Origin: Octopus sinensis
Lineage: Eukaryota
Reading direction: 5' to 3'
DNA length: 64,000 nt
NCBI RefSeq assembly: GCF_006345805.1
Contig: NC_043021.1
Location: 8,866,001-8,930,000, forward strand
The notes under the pieces are model-generated. The model made no database searches. It was not told the origin of the DNA and saw only the letters and a program-made list of their open reading frames with translations. Position 1 is the stretch's first letter. Every line of letters begins with the position of its first letter. Of the stretch, positions 25,091-42,539 are shown piece after piece. Position numbers and translations under genes: made by a program.

Positions 25091-25220
25091 GTAGGTAGAT
25101 AGATAGATAGATAGACAGATAGATAGATAGATAGATAGATAGATAGGTAGGTAGGTAGGTAGGTAGGTAGGTAGGTAGGTAGGTAGGGAGGGAGGGAGAT
25201 AGATAGATAGATAGATAGAT

Positions 25221-25251
<31 letters not shown>

Positions 25252-25274
25252 TACAGACAGACAGACAGATAGAC

Positions 25275-25325
<51 letters not shown>

Positions 25326-25406
25326 TAGACAGATAGACAGATAGATAGATAGATAGATAGATAGATAGGTAGGTAGGTAGGTAGGTAGGTAGACAGACAG
25401 ACAGAC

Positions 25407-25483
<77 letters not shown>

Positions 25484-25535
25484 CATAGATGGACAGATAC
25501 ATAGATAGACAGATAAATAGATAGACAGATAGATA
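25021..25535. repeat. (GATA)/(GGTA)/(GACA)n compound microsatellite; similar blocks at 28790-29150 and 54448-54950
   Basis: Direct reading. Confidence 0.97.
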
Positions 25536-25829
25536 TACATATACATATCGTCTGTACACACTTGTATGTTGATGCGCTAGTGTGTATGTATGAATGTAAT
25601 TGTGATAAAATTGTAATATCAATCAAATATATTAAGAAAAATGTTGAAACCGCTGCGGATGGGAATTGAATCCTTTTCAATCATTGTCAAGTGTTCAACC
25701 TTTTAATTATAAGTTAAGGTGTTAAGATTCGCATAATTGATGGTTGGCCTCAAGATGAAGAACAACCATTTCGGTTCCTGACAGAAGGAAAATAGATCAT
25801 AACACTGATATGAGACATAATGAAACTCT

Positions 25830-26188
25830 AATATCGGTTTCAAATTTTGGGACAAGGCCTGTAATTTCGGGTGAGGGACTAAGTCGATTATATTGACCCC
25901 CGTGTTCAAATGGCCCTTATTTGAACTCAGAGCGTAAAGACGGACGAAATATCGTTTAGCATTGTGCTAACGATTCTTTTTTTTTCTAGGCGCAAGGCCT
26001 GAAATTTTGGGGGAGGGAGCCAGTCGATTAGTTGATCCCAGTACGCAACTGGTACTTAATTTATTGACCCCATAAGGATGAAAGGGAAAGTCGACCTCAG
26101 CGGAATTTGAACTCAGTACGTAAAGACAGACGAAATACCACTAGGCATTTCGCCCGGCGTGCTAACGATTCTGCCAGCACGCCGTCTT
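25830..26188 (-). mobile_element. Two adjacent SINE-A copies (beta-tailed 25986-26188; internally deleted gamma-tailed 25830-25976)
   Basis: Shared head and central domain, non-alpha tails. Confidence 0.8.
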
Positions 26189-26846
26189 ATAAGTGAGTTC
26201 GACTGCTGGACCGGGTTGTATGTTGTGTTCTTAAGCAAGATACTTTATTTCACGGGACTCCAATTCACCCAGCTGTAGAACTGAGTTGTGACGTTACTGG
26301 GCGCCAAGCTGTTTCGGCTTTTGCCTTTCCCTTGGACAACATCGGTGACGTGAAGTGGAGAGACTGGTATGTATGGGTGACTGCTGGTCTTCTATAAAAA
26401 AAAACAACTTTTCCCGGAGTTATGCCTCATTCATCACCGTAGGGGGGGGGTCTTTATCTTTATCCTATCTCTATTCTTTGATCTGGAACTGGATGATATA
26501 GCTTCTATGATGTTATTGTGACCAGGAGCTGGTTTTCATAGATTCTACATGAACCTTTGAGCAGGATCTTCTTGTTACGGCTTCTAGAATTGCTCTCATA
26601 TCTTACAATCTCTCCATGTTGCAGAGAGGTCGGCACGAGACCGTTGATGGAGAGCGTTGGTGGGCCTGGTTGGCTCTACGCATGTTGACGTCTCTAGGAC
26701 CACCAACCTGGGATTCCCCAAGCCTCATCAAGCAAAGGCATGAAGCGAAACGTGCGTATAGTCTCTCCAGTGATCAGGGGTTGGATGTTATTGTGTCTAC
26801 ACTTTTATTGTGCCATAGGGTTACATAGGGTTATAGTTGCTACACC

Positions 26847-27073
26847 TATTTCTTTACTACCCACAAGGGGCTAAACACAGAGAGGACAAACAAGGACAAA
26901 CGGATTAAGTCGATTATATCGACCCCAGTGCGTAACTGGTACTTATTTAATCGACCCCGAAAGGATGAAAGGCAAAGTCAACCTCGGCGGAATTTGAACT
27001 CAGAACGTAACAGCAGACGAAATACGGCTAAGCATTTCGCCCGGCGTGCTAATGATTCTGCCAGCTCGCCGCC
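26847..27073 (-). mobile_element. Full-length monomeric alpha-tailed SINE-A with 15-bp TSD
   Basis: tatagttgctacacc at 26832-26846 and 27081-27095. Confidence 0.93.
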
Positions 27074-27142
27074 TTGTTGCTATAGTTGCTACACCGTTCC
27101 GTGATAGAGCTGGATGTTAGAATCGTTGCTATGATCTTGTTA

Positions 27143-27390
27143 TGGTGAAGGCGCGTGGCTTAGTGGTTAGAGTATTCGGCTCACGATCACAAGGTTGTGA
27201 GTTCAATTCCCGGCGACGCGTCGTGTCCTTGAGCCAGACACTTTATTTCCCGTTGCTCCAGTCCACTCAGCTGGCAAAAATGAGTAGTACCTGTATTTCA
27301 AAGGGCCATCCTCATCACACTCTGTGGTCACGCTGAATCTCCCTGAGAACTACATTAAAGGTACACCTGTCTGTGGAGTATTCAGCCACT
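27143..27390 (+). mobile_element. SINE-D (tRNA head, Meta-like domain, tail shared with SINE-C)
   Basis: A-box tggcttagtgg, B-box gagttcaattcc, gctccagtccactcagctggcaaaaatgagtagtacc, then cacgctgaatctccctgagaactac. Confidence 0.8.
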
Positions 27391-28787
27391 CCTGCGCCTA
27401 TACTTACCACACAGCCACTACTGCGCCTATGTTAGGCATAGTAGGAGAGAAAAACAGAGGGAAAGAGAGGAGGGGTGAGAGAAAGAGCGAGAGAAAAAGA
27501 TGAAGAGGCAGGCTGAGAGAGAGAGGGGAGAGAGAAAGAGAGAGAAGGATTGACTTAAGTACTGAACTAGTACTTTATTTATCGATATCGAAGCGATGTG
27601 AAACAATGTTGACCTCGGCTAGATTTGAACCCGGAACCCAGAGAACCTCAAAGCATTCCAACTGACATTCGCCACCTATTGTTATTGCTCAGAATAGCTA
27701 GATGTAATAAATTGCCTCCATGTTATTGTTAAGAGTAGCCAAGGAATTATAAATAGTTTCCATGATAATGTTAACAGTGGCTAAATGTTATTGTAGCCGA
27801 ACTAAATTTAGCAAGAGTTGGATGCTATTAACTCATTATGATATATGGAACAGTTGTTATAAATGCTGTACGCGTGATCTTTAGCACACGATAGAACAAG
27901 CGTTACAAACAGCCGCCATATTTAATTTAGCAACAATTGAGTGGTGTAAATAATATTCAAGTTATTTGTAGCAGGAATTGGCTGTTTATGAATAAGTCTT
28001 GAGGGATATTTTCAAGAGATGAGTGCTATGCACGGACAATATGTTAGTTTTCGCAAGAGTGAGAACTTATGAATGGACCCAATGTTTTTTGTTAATGGGA
28101 TCTCGGCGTATTTAATAGTCTCTCTGTTACTAATAATCTTTTGTGCTATTGTTATCAAGAGCTGGGTGTTAGGGATGGTGTCCATGCCGTTTGATAAGAA
28201 GAGCTGGTTGTAAGAATTAATCTCCATGTTATTGTTAATAACAAGAGCTAGACATTATGCTTATAATCTCCGATTTATCGTTAAGAAGCACTAGATGTAA
28301 TGAATATACTTTATGCTATCTTTAACATGAGATAAATGTTACAAATAGCCTCGTTTTTATCTGCTATAGTGTGCAGGTTATATGTAGCGGACCCTGAACG
28401 TTTCCAATAGGTTTTTCAACGGAGGCAGAGTGTTATGGCTTAAGATTTGACCATAAACAGAACCTTGATGGTATAAATATTCTCTCTGTTATCTTTAGGC
28501 TATAACGAATGATTTAAGACAAGAAAATATTTGAGATGGTTTTAGTTACGTTTTGTACATGGTGAAACGAGAGAGTGAAAGAATTTAATAATACGTCTTT
28601 TGACGTTCCCTTCAATCCAAACCCTCGTGTGCCCTGAGATTCCATGCACCATATCACCACCTATACATCAACAAGCTCTTGTTATCACCTCCCACAATGA
28701 CCACTTCTATATGGTAATACCTTTCTTTCTTCCAAAACCTTCCGCACTCAATCAGCCACGTTTTTGCCATATATATTCATATGTAGA

Positions 28788-28818
<31 letters not shown>

Positions 28819-28893
28819 ATGGATGGATGGAGGATGGATGGATGGATCGATCGATCGATCGATGGATCGATGGATGGATCGATGGATCGATGG

Positions 28894-28934
<41 letters not shown>

Positions 28935-28943
28935 CAAACAGAC

Positions 28944-29033
<90 letters not shown>

Positions 29034-29079
29034 ATAGATAGACATATATGTTGGTACAAACAGGAAAAATATAAATTCA

Positions 29080-29149
<70 letters not shown>

Positions 29150-29150
<1 letters not shown>

Positions 29151-29490
29151 AGACTGTGTGGTAAGAAGCTTGCGTCGCAACCATATGATTCCGGGTTCAG
29201 TCCCACTGCATAGCACCTTGGGCAGGTGTCTTCTACTTTAGCCTCGGGTCGACCAAAGCCTTGTGAATGGATTTGGTAGGCGGAAACTGAAAGAAGCCTG
29301 TCGTACGTATGTATGTATGTATGTATGTATGTATTTATGTATTTATTTATGTTGGTGTACGTTTGTGTTTTTCTCCTCCACCTACGCTTGACAACCGATG
29401 TTGGTGTGTTTACGTCCCCGTATCTTAGCAGTTCGACTAAAGATACCGATAGAATAAGTCCTAGGCTTACAAAGAATAAGTCCAAAGACA
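29150..29490 (+). mobile_element. SINE-B (tRNA head, CORE-like ccttgggca(a/g)gtg, internal microsatellite), 3'-truncated
   Basis: Colinear with 60696-61122. Confidence 0.85.
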
Positions 29491-30076
29491 TCCACCAGAC
29501 TCAGCCATTTTCTGCACTATATCAACAAATAGCATTTCCCCCACTAACATATATATATTCTTATTTGAGGTGTGACGTCTTAAGCATGTTAGCGTCAGCC
29601 CTTGTATGTTTGTAGAGGACGTGTTGAAAAGCAAAATGCCTCTCCGAGCATTGCTGACAGATAGACTGAAAATTTATAATGTGGAAGATAGAATGTATCT
29701 TGCTTTATTCTCACTGTAAGATCAAGCTGTGCAGAACTACAGACCACGAGTGCCGAGAAGTTCTGTTCGTATAATGAGCAGCATGTGAGACATCTTCAAC
29801 AAGCAGAAGTCTGGTGGCTGTCCAAAAGAATTTGCTTAACAAGATGTTTAAGTCTTTTGATAATTTATCTTACTTTCGAGAAAGTGAAAGGGACAGTGAT
29901 ATGGTTGGAGAAATAAAACCATAAAAAAATAGCATCTCTTATGTAGATTGGTTATTTGAAAAGCTTAATGAAGTATCACTTTATTATTAAGGACGATTCG
30001 TGACATTGATTGATTGTAAAATAACATTGAACGTATTTACTGAAAAATTGAACATCTTTCAAGCAAATTTACTTTC

Positions 30077-30468
30077 AACTAGCAGTATCGCCCGGCGTTG
30101 CTCGGGTTTGTAAGGGAAATAACTATAAAGCATTTTTAGAGAGTTATAGCCAAAAAATAGCAAAAAAAATGGGAAAAAAAAAATGATGGTAAATTTTTTT
30201 TTGATAGTTAAAAAGGTCGAGTTGCGTCCCCTAGACCATCTGTGGTTTGTGTTTCTGATTGTCGACCCCATGTCGAATTTATCGATCTTTTTCAGAACTG
30301 GGGGAACTTTTCAAAATTTTCGCTGCGTTAGTTTTGAATTATGACATTAGGCTATGTGTGTGTCAAGTTTCATCAGAATCGGTTGAAAGCCGTGGTCAGA
30401 GTGAGGGTACAACCAAATAGACACACAGAAACACACACAGACAAACTGCCGTTTATATAGAGAGAGAT
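30077..30468 (+). mobile_element. Non-autonomous Helentron/HINE (DINE-1-like) element
   Basis: 5' aactagcagtatcgcccggcgttgctcggg hairpin, 3' tttatatagagagagat; first ~55 bp nearly identical to 49183. Confidence 0.65.
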
Positions 30469-30732
30469 GTAAATATTTTGACATGCTTAGGCTGGAGGAA
30501 ATCCCTTTTTTTTCACTGAATAAAATGGATCTTGAAACAAAGTCTGGATCACTTATTATCGTTAAAAACATATGAATAAACTATTCTCTGCTTTAATTGT
30601 CGTCTGATGTAAAAGGATGGATGACAGATCAAGTTTAGAGTGGTGCTGTGTCAGATGAAGAAGCGATTAGGGAAGAATTGAACTGTGATGTAAAGATAAC
30701 TCAAAATATATGTGTAATAATATAGCAAAGAC

Positions 30733-31060
30733 TGAATTCTAGTCATTAAAAACCCGTAAAATACTATATCCAAGGTTATTGACCGAAATGGTCAAAATAA
30801 TTGTCTGTTTTCTAACATCATATATGGCTGGAACCGAGTTTAGTTCGGTGAATAAATTGCTAAATAAAGAAACAGAATGGATGACTGCAAGGTTATGAAC
30901 CGAAGAAACATTGAATTCTGTTCATTAAAAAACTGTTAAACTCTATATCCAAGGTGATTGACCGAAATGGCTAAAATAATTGTCTGTTTTCCAACCTTAT
31001 TTACCGTTGAAACCGGGTTTAGTTCAGTGAATAAATTACTAGACGTAGAAATAGATTGGC
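30733..31060. repeat. Diverged tandem duplication, period 179 bp
   Basis: tgaattct...tatatccaagg...gaccgaaatgg...aattgtctgtttt at 30733 and 30912. Confidence 0.85.
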
Positions 31061-31254
31061 TCTGTAAAAATAAATGATGACTTTAAGAATGAAAATCAAC
31101 GATCTTAAACTAAACACTGCATCATTTGTACAAAAAACTTCAACCCCAGGATCTCAGTCAATAAAAGGAGGACGTTTGAAAGGGGTTTTTAAAATTTAAC
31201 CTTTTTTGTAAGTAGGGGCCAATTTGAAAATACGGTGAAGAAAAAATGTTTACT

Positions 31255-31497
31255 CTTACTCTTTACTCTTTTACTTGTTTCAGTCATTTGACTGCGGCCA
31301 TGCTGGAGCACTGCCTTTAGTCGAGCAAATCGACCCCATGACTTATTCTTTGTAAGCCTAGTACTTATTCTATCGGTCTCGTTTGCCGAACCGCTAAGTT
31401 ACGGTGACGCAAACACACCAACATCGGTTGTCAAGCAGTAGTGGGGGGACAAACACAGAAACACACACACGCCACACACACACACACACCACACACA

Positions 31498-31552
<55 letters not shown>

Positions 31553-31722
31553 CATATATACGATGGGCTTCTTTCAGTTTCCGTCTACGAAATCCACTCA
31601 CAAGGTTTTGGTCGGCCTGAAGCTATAGTAGAAGACACTTGCCCAAGGTGCCACGCAGTGGGACTGAACCCGGAACCATGTGGTTGTTAAGCAAGTTACT
31701 AACCACACAGCCACTCCTGCGC
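31255..31722 (-). mobile_element. Full-length SINE-B with internal (TA)n(TG)n
   Basis: Head gagtggctgtgtgg, B-box gggttcagtccc, tail cagtcaaatgactgaaacaagtaaaaga. Confidence 0.92.
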
Positions 31723-32124
31723 TTGAGAAAATTGTTAAATGTAGGATGAAGATCCACCGGTGTGAGAAGAAAGGAGGTGCCCTTTCGTGTCTCTTTAATT
31801 AAAATAACACACAATTCTTTGAGGTAAATCTGGCATGGCTCGCCATGTGGCGAGTCACACTGCTTTCCAGCGGACAGCAGGTTGCTCGTGACTAATGTGA
31901 ATAAATATACAAAAAGTTCCTAGTTTTAAGCTTGTTGCAAAAGTCTTGGCTGGAGGCCCAACATTCCGATTTCTTTTACGGGACTTAGAAATACTGAAGG
32001 CGCGCTGCAATAAGTCTGTGAATCTGAGAGGGAAATGTGTTGAGTAAAATCATAATTAACTGGTCCTCCTGGATTTTCTTTTATCCATAACCAGGAACTT
32101 TTCATCCCACCTTTGTATAGTTAC

Positions 32125-32602
32125 TTGCTGGCTGGCTGGTTACCGGCTGGCTAGCTGGCTACCTGACTGGCTGGCAACTGGCTGGCTAGCTGGCTAGCTG
32201 CCTGACTTGCTGGCTAGCTAGATGGCTAGCTGGATGGCTAGCTGGATGGCTAGCTGGATGGCTAGCTGGATGGCTAGCTGGATGGCTAGCTGGCTAGTTA
32301 GCTAGTTGGCTAGTTGGCTAGTTGGCTAGCTGGCTAACTGGCTAGTTGACTAGTTGGCTAGCTGGCTGGTATTGACTGGCTACGTTTTTGGCTGTCTGGC
32401 TGAATGGATGAATGGATGGCTGGATGGCTGGCTGGATGGCTGGCTGGCTGGCTCACTAGCTGGCTGGCTGGCTGGCTGGCTGGCTGGATGGATGGATGGA
32501 TGGATGGATGAATGGATGGATGGATGGATGGATGAATGGATGGCTGGATGACTGGCTGACTGGTTGGCTGGCTGGCTCACTAGCTGGCTGGCTGGCTCAC
32601 TA

Positions 32603-32635
<33 letters not shown>

Positions 32636-32925
32636 ATGGATGGATGGATGGATGGATGGATGGATGACTGGCTGACTGGCTGGCTGGCTCACTAGCTGGC
32701 TGGCTGGCTGGCTGACTGGCTGGCAGGCTGGATGGATGGATGGATGGATGGATGAATGGATGGATGGATGGATGGATGGATGGATGGATGGATGGCTGAC
32801 TTGCTGGTTGGCTGGCTCACTAGCTGGCTGGCAGGCTGGCTGGCTGGCTGGCTGGATGGATGGATGGATGGATGGATGGCTGGATGACTGGCTGACTGGA
32901 TGGCTGACTGGTTGGCTGGCTGGCT
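32125..32925. repeat. (GGCT)/(GGAT)/(GCTA)n compound microsatellite
   Basis: Direct reading. Confidence 0.95.
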
Positions 32926-33339
32926 TAGGGCCTTAACTTCTGGTGGAGACAGAGTGGCGTTGTCATACCAAACCAGTCGTCACCATTTGTCATTGCTGTG
33001 TGCCAGAATTCTGGTCTCCACCTATGTTATGCATCACCATTCCTCTATGTTGTCTCTCCATCATTGCCTGTGTCCGTCTCTATTTCTTTCCATCCCAACT
33101 CCACAGTTCTTTGAAAAAAAAAAACTGTTCTTCGTAATGCCACCGGATCTTATTACATGGTGTACCATCTCAACAATTTTTATCTTCGATATTGCGAAGC
33201 GTTTCTTCGAAATGTCAAACGATATTAGCATGGAAACAATCCAAAACAAACCGCAGCATGGCATTTTGGGTTTTGGGCAAGAGCTACCATACCCCTGGTT
33301 ATAACAATGCCTTTTGAGGGAGTTTAGTAGGCGGAAGTA

Positions 33340-33364
33340 TGTGTGGGTGTTTGTGTGTGTGTGT

Positions 33365-33421
<57 letters not shown>

Positions 33422-33457
33422 TGTGTGTGTATGTGTGTGTGTGTGTATGTGTGTGTA

Positions 33458-33494
<37 letters not shown>

Positions 33495-33802
33495 GTGTAT
33501 GTGGTGTGTGTGTGTGTGTGGTATGTGTGTGTGTGTGTATGTGTGGTGTGTGTGTATGTGTGTGTATGTGTGTGTGTGTATGTGTGTGTATGTGTGTGTG
33601 TGTGTGTGTATGTGTGTGTGTGTGTATGTGTGTGTATGTGTGTGTGTATGTGGTGTGTATGTGTGTGTGTGTGTGTGTGTGTGTTGTGTGTGTATGTGTG
33701 TGTGTGTGTATGTGTGTGTATGTGTGTGGTGTGTGTGTGATGTGTGTGTGTGTGTATGTGTGTGTATGTGGTGTGTGTGTGTGTGTTGTGTGGTGTGTGT
33801 GT

Positions 33803-33836
<34 letters not shown>

Positions 33837-33845
33837 GTGTTTATA
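33340..33845. repeat. Interrupted (GT)n
   Basis: Direct reading. Confidence 0.97.
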
Positions 33846-33849
33846 TGTG

Positions 33850-34066
33850 CGAGGGGTGCTGGAAAGTTTCTTGGCTTTGGGTAAAAGAAAATACAGGAGG
33901 ATCAGTTTATTATGATTTTATTCAACATATTCTTCTCTCAGATTCACACACATATTGCAGCAGTCCATCAGTCTTTCTAAGGTCTGTAAAAGAACACGGA
34001 AGGTTGAGCTTCCAACCAGGCTTTTTGCGATGCCCTTAAGGCCAAGAACTTTTCAGCACCTCCGCG
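33850..34066. mobile_element. Mariner-like MITE
   Basis: Imperfect TIRs cgaggggtgctggaaagtttcttggc / gccaagaacttttcagcacctccgcg-ta; a related end lies at ~32090-32118. Confidence 0.7.
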
Positions 34067-34231
34067 TATAAATGTATTAAGTATGTATACGTGCTCTGAG
34101 CAATAAGTATTCGGATTGTTGCTATACTAACGAAGCTAAAGCATTAAAATATTGGGCACAAAAAATTACAATACATATATACATTCTTTGATAAAAATAA
34201 GAAAATGTTAGAAACAGTTTACAGAAAAAAT

Positions 34232-34542
34232 TTATGTGGGGCGCGGTTGAGAAAGGCACCAACCGCTCTACCTACAACACCAAGTGTGAGTTGGTAGCCA
34301 GGATCAAGAAGGTGTTCGAAGACCTTCCCAGGGTTTCAATGGGGGAATGCATGCGTCAGGTTCCGGATCCGACTTCAGGACGTGGTGGAAGTTAAGGGTG
34401 GTTACTTTTGGTAAACTGTTATCATCCAGTCGTAATCTAGTTGATATTTTTTTCACTTTTTTAAAGATAGTTTTATTTTTATATGGGACGTTGTGTTTTC
34501 TTTTCCTTTTATGCAAACTATCAAATTTATCCCGAACACCCT

Positions 34543-34544
<2 letters not shown>
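34232..34544 (+). pseudogene. 3' end of a Tc1/mariner (maT-like) transposon
   Basis: [31 protein letters not shown]...(fs)[20 protein letters not shown], then TIR-like tcaaatttatcccgaacaccct-ata. Confidence 0.7.
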
Positions 34545-34599
<55 letters not shown>

Positions 34600-34634
34600 T
34601 TAACATATACATATACACACACACACATATAATA

Positions 34635-34665
<31 letters not shown>

Positions 34666-34686
34666 GTATATATATATATATGTATA

Positions 34687-34801
<115 letters not shown>

Positions 34802-36411
34802 GTCAAATTTAGCCCGAACAGCCTATATATGTGTGCGTGTACGTACACGTACATACACATACACACTCACACACACACATACACACACAAACACACACGC
34901 GTACATATATACATTCACGCATACATACATATATACATGTAATTTGTATGTATGCACACACACACACACATATACATATATATATGTATATATATATATA
35001 AATTTGATATGTGTATAATGTTAAAGATATATGTGCATCAGTGTCTGTGAGTGAATGTATGTATGTATGTATGTATGTATGTATGTATGTATGTATGTAC
35101 GTATGTACGTACGTACGTACGTATGTATGTATGTATGTATGTATGTATGTATGTATGTATGTATGTATGTATGTAGTTTGTGTTTGTTTTACACTCTTAC
35201 AAAGAAGCGTCTAGGTGGTGGCATGGACTGCTAGAAATACTCGGTAAATTTCTCTCCAATCATACTCTACCGTCACAAAAAAAAATTGTAGACGTCGTAT
35301 TAGATAATGTAGTTTCTGGAAATAAAACGAAACAAATAAAAAAAAGAAAAAGAAAAAGATGGATGGATGGCGTGATCACAGCTGGAATGCTTTTGATCAT
35401 AGCTGACTCGATCAGAGCTGACCTACAGCTAAACAACATCAACAATCTATTTTTCTGCTATATATTGTTACCTCCTATTACTTGAAATCAATACTACTCA
35501 CAGAAATTCCAATGGAGAAGCGGAGAAAGGAAGAAACTGTGAACGGAGAAACGGGGGAATGGAGAAACGGAGAAACGGAGAATGGAGAATGGAGAATGGA
35601 GAATGGCGAATTCATACGCCTAGTTGTCATGGCGGTGATAATGTACTACAGCTACGAAGTGAATTCATTCCATTAAGCGCGTCTCCTGTCTCCATCAACG
35701 CTGCATTCGATAAACTCTCTCAGGCAGCAAACAAATTTCTTCCAACAGTCTGTGTTTGAATGCTTCGGTTTTTGGCCAATTCACAGCAAACTAACTGCAA
35801 ATTGCTTCTCTCTTCATCTCTGTACCAATTCTGACCGATTCATCGATTCCTCCATCTTAGCGAATTTTTTTTTTTTTTTTTTCATGTCTCTGTCTCCTTG
35901 CTAATTCTCGCTCGTTTTGTCGCTTCACTCTCAAAACAATATTCAGCCTTGATTGCATACTTTTATCTCGAGCTTCACTTTGATTTTTATTTCTCACCTT
36001 CTACCGTATTATTTCAATTTTCTTGATCCTGTACTCATACCACGTTCCATTATACATCATACTATATTGTTCTGTATACCATACTATACAAAAACTTCTA
36101 TTCTCCATTACTTCACTGCAATTCGTATGAGTAATATCGATTTCAAGAAATCGGTAGTAACAATATATAGCAAAAAAAACTAATTTTGTTATTGCCGTTA
36201 TAATTGTTGTTGCTGCTGCTGCTGCCACTACTGCTGCTGCTGCTGTTGCTTTTGTTGTTCAGCTCCAGGTCTGTTTCTGGTTGAAGATCGGTGAGGCTGA
36301 TGCCGTCAATATTCCATTTAGATTATTGCAGATCGACACTTCCAAGGAAGACATGAGCAGGAGAAGAGAGATTCCAGACGACTGATGTGGAAGGTACGTT
36401 GCCGAGCATAA

Positions 36412-36790
36412 GGCGGCGAGCTGGCAGAAACGTTAGCACGCCGGGCGAAATGCGTAGCCGTATTTCGTCTGCCGTTACGTTCTGAGTTCAAATTCCGCCG
36501 AGGTCGACTTTGCCTTTCATCTTTTCGAGGTCGATAAATTAAGTACCAGTTACGCACTGGGGTCGATGTAATCGACTTGATCCCTTTGTCTGTCCTTGTT
36601 TGTGCTCTCTGTGTTTAGCCCCAGCAAGACACTTCGTTTCACGTTGCTCCGGTTTACTCAACCGTATATGAGAAACCCTGTAACGGAATGGCTTCCAATT
36701 CAGTGGGGTTTATGCGATCTTGCTAACTTAAACGCCAGGGGAACCGGGGAAGCGGCCCTATGAACCTCGTGGCTTGAGACAATAATGCCT
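36412..36790 (+). mobile_element. Alpha-tailed SINE-A (36412-36622) fused to a diverged Meta-like SINE 3' part
   Basis: Near-consensus SINE-A to gtttagcccc, then agcaagacacttcgtttcacgttgctcc. Confidence 0.85.
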
Positions 36791-37000
36791 AAAGGTTGAT
36801 GATGCTAATGATGCTGATGATGATTATGATGACAATGATGATGACGATGACGACGACAGTGATGAACTTGATGATGATGGTGTTGGTTATGATGAAGAAG
36901 AAAGATGAGGAGGCAGAAAGAGGAGAAGGAGGACAATAATGGTGATGCTGATGATGGTAATATATATGGCAAGAAACTTATATATAAACATATATATATA

Positions 37001-37101
<101 letters not shown>

Positions 37102-37127
37102 CATATTAACTATATATATCGATTAAC

Positions 37128-37158
<31 letters not shown>

Positions 37159-37801
37159 ATGTTTGTGTGTTTGTGTTTGTCCACCCAACATCGCTTGACA
37201 ACTGATGCTGGTGTGTCACTTAGCGGTTCGGCAAGAGAGACCGATAGAATAAGAACTAGGCTTACAAAGAATAAGTCCTGAGATGGATTTGTTCGACTAA
37301 AGGTGGTGCTACTGCATGGCCAGTCAAATTACTAAAACAAATAAAAGAATAAAAGAATATATATGCTGTGAAGTTTAGCTTAATGATAAAGCACTTGCCC
37401 GGAGACTTCAAGGGATGTGGGTTCGAATCTCATGGCTGTTTGTTGACAAACCTTTCCTCTTTGTAAAGGTAAGTTACCCAATATTTCAGTTCTAACGTCG
37501 TTTCTGCGTTCGAAAATAAATTATCGTCAAGACACATTCGACGGTTACTAAAAAACAAATGCTAGTTTGTTTATACATACATACATACATACATACATAC
37601 ATACATACATACATACATACATACATACATACACATCCATATATACGCACATATGCACACATACATGCATATTTACATACATACGTATATACATACATAC
37701 ATACATACAAACATACACACACACATACATACTTACATACATACATACATACATACATACAAACATACACACATACATACACACATACATACACACATAC
37801 A

Positions 37802-37833
<32 letters not shown>

Positions 37834-37991
37834 ACGAGAGAGAAAATAGAAGTACAAGTATGGAAAACATGGCAAACGAAGGTGCACTGGGAAGCTAGGC
37901 AGACAGATAGATTGATTAATTGATAGATTGGTTGACTGAATGATTGATTGATTGGTTGTTACATACACACATACATACACACACACGCATA

Positions 37992-38036
<45 letters not shown>

Positions 38037-38346
38037 TAATACATACATACATACATTGGTTACTAGTTACAGCTCAAATGTTATCTGAAAGCAAATGTCC
38101 TCCATCTATTCTCGCCAGCTTTGTATACTCACGACGATGAACAGAGGCTTTTTCCCAATGCCCTGGTCTTTTTCTGTCTTCTCTGCGCTGTCTTCAAACT
38201 AATTGAACCTAGAATTTTCTTTTCTCGTACAGTGAGCGGTTCATTCTAATGCTTGACCTATTAAAACCCATCTTCAGACTAGGACCAAAGATTATATCTC
38301 AATCATCACCATCTGTTCTTCAGTGTTTTATTCATCCATATATACG

Positions 38347-38479
<133 letters not shown>

Positions 38480-38595
38480 AATATGTATAGCCCCTTGTGG
38501 GCAATAAAAAAATAGTATATGTATATATATATGTATGTGTGTGTGTGTGTGTGTGTGTTGTGTGTGTGTATGTATATATATATATATATATATTT

Positions 38596-38760
38596 AGGGA
38601 GAGTTTACGAAAAAAACAAAAGACGAAGACAGATGGTGTACAAAACAAACAGATGTATTAGTATAACGCTCAGGAATAGAAAAAGTCTTTTACGTTTCGA
38701 GCCTACGTTCTTCGACAGAAAGGATTGAGAGGGGAAGAAACGGAGAGAGAAAAAAATGTA
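38596..38760 (-). mobile_element. Penelope-like terminal-repeat fragment with hammerhead-like motif (38687-38722)
   Basis: Minus strand cttt-CUGUCGA-agaacgtaggctc-GAAA-cg-UA-aaag; homologous copy at 56562-56720. Confidence 0.5.
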
Positions 38761-39129
38761 GAATGTGTAGGGATTAACAATTCAGCATGATGAAATGGTC
38801 GGAAGAAAGAGGTTGAATGACGTGTGTGTGTATCTATGTATATATATATATATGTTGTGTGTGTATGTAGTGTGTGTGTATGTATATATATATATGTGGT
38901 GTGTGTGTATGTATATACGTATATATATATATATATATATAATATATATATATATAAATATTGGTTTCACATTTTGGCACAAGGCCAGCAATTTGAGGGA
39001 GGAGGTAAGTCTCTTACATCAACGCAGTATTCTATTTATTTCAACGACCCTCAAAGGAGAAAAATAATTCGAAGTCAGAACGTAAAGACGTACTAACGAC
39101 TCTACCATCTTGTCTCAACTCATCTACAT

Positions 39130-41990
<2,861 letters not shown>

Positions 41991-42277
41991 ATGAGATGGA
42001 TGTGTTCTACGCTCCCACATATGGAGTCAAACTGTTATGTAAAAAATGATGTAACTTCTAGCAAATGCGTTGAGTACCGCGTCCTTTCGTTTGTCCACTT
42101 ACTCGTTTGTGTGTGTGTGTATGAGCATGGAAGATAGGTGTGTACTGTATTGTACTGTATGAAGGTTGCCTGTACTGTAAGAGCGCGTCGCTGCATCCAC
42201 CTTACTCCTAACGGACGACACCTTTGCACCACTCAAACGACAACCCTCCAACCAATGGGTTTGTTTTTGTTAGTCAT

Positions 42278-42417
42278 TGCGTAACTGGTACTTATTTAAT
42301 CGACCCCGAAAGGATGAAAGGCAAAGTCGACCTCGGCGGAATTTGAACTCAGAACGTAAGGGCAGACGAAATACCGCTAAGCATTTCGCCCGGCGTGCTA
42401 ACGATTCTGCCAGCTCA
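42278..42417 (-). mobile_element. SINE-A head and central domain, tail missing
   Basis: Near-consensus sequence. Confidence 0.9.
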
Positions 42418-42455
42418 CAGCCTGGGAAGAAAGCTTCTTACCACACTGCTACGCC

Positions 42456-42539
<84 letters not shown>

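Noticed and set aside
24989-25680. ORFs of the YLSI, MYVC, HTHT and IYIY type here and throughout the window
   Set aside because: Microsatellite artefacts.
27680-28350. Weak ~40-bp periodicity (atgttattgttaa...gctagatg); a similar weak pattern lies at 18480-18870
   Set aside because: Too degenerate to define units by eye; probably old minisatellites.
36318-36557. Recurrent short ORF MRNWYL...RPRKDERQSRPRRNLNSER
   Set aside because: Antisense translation of SINE-A; recurrence reflects copy number.
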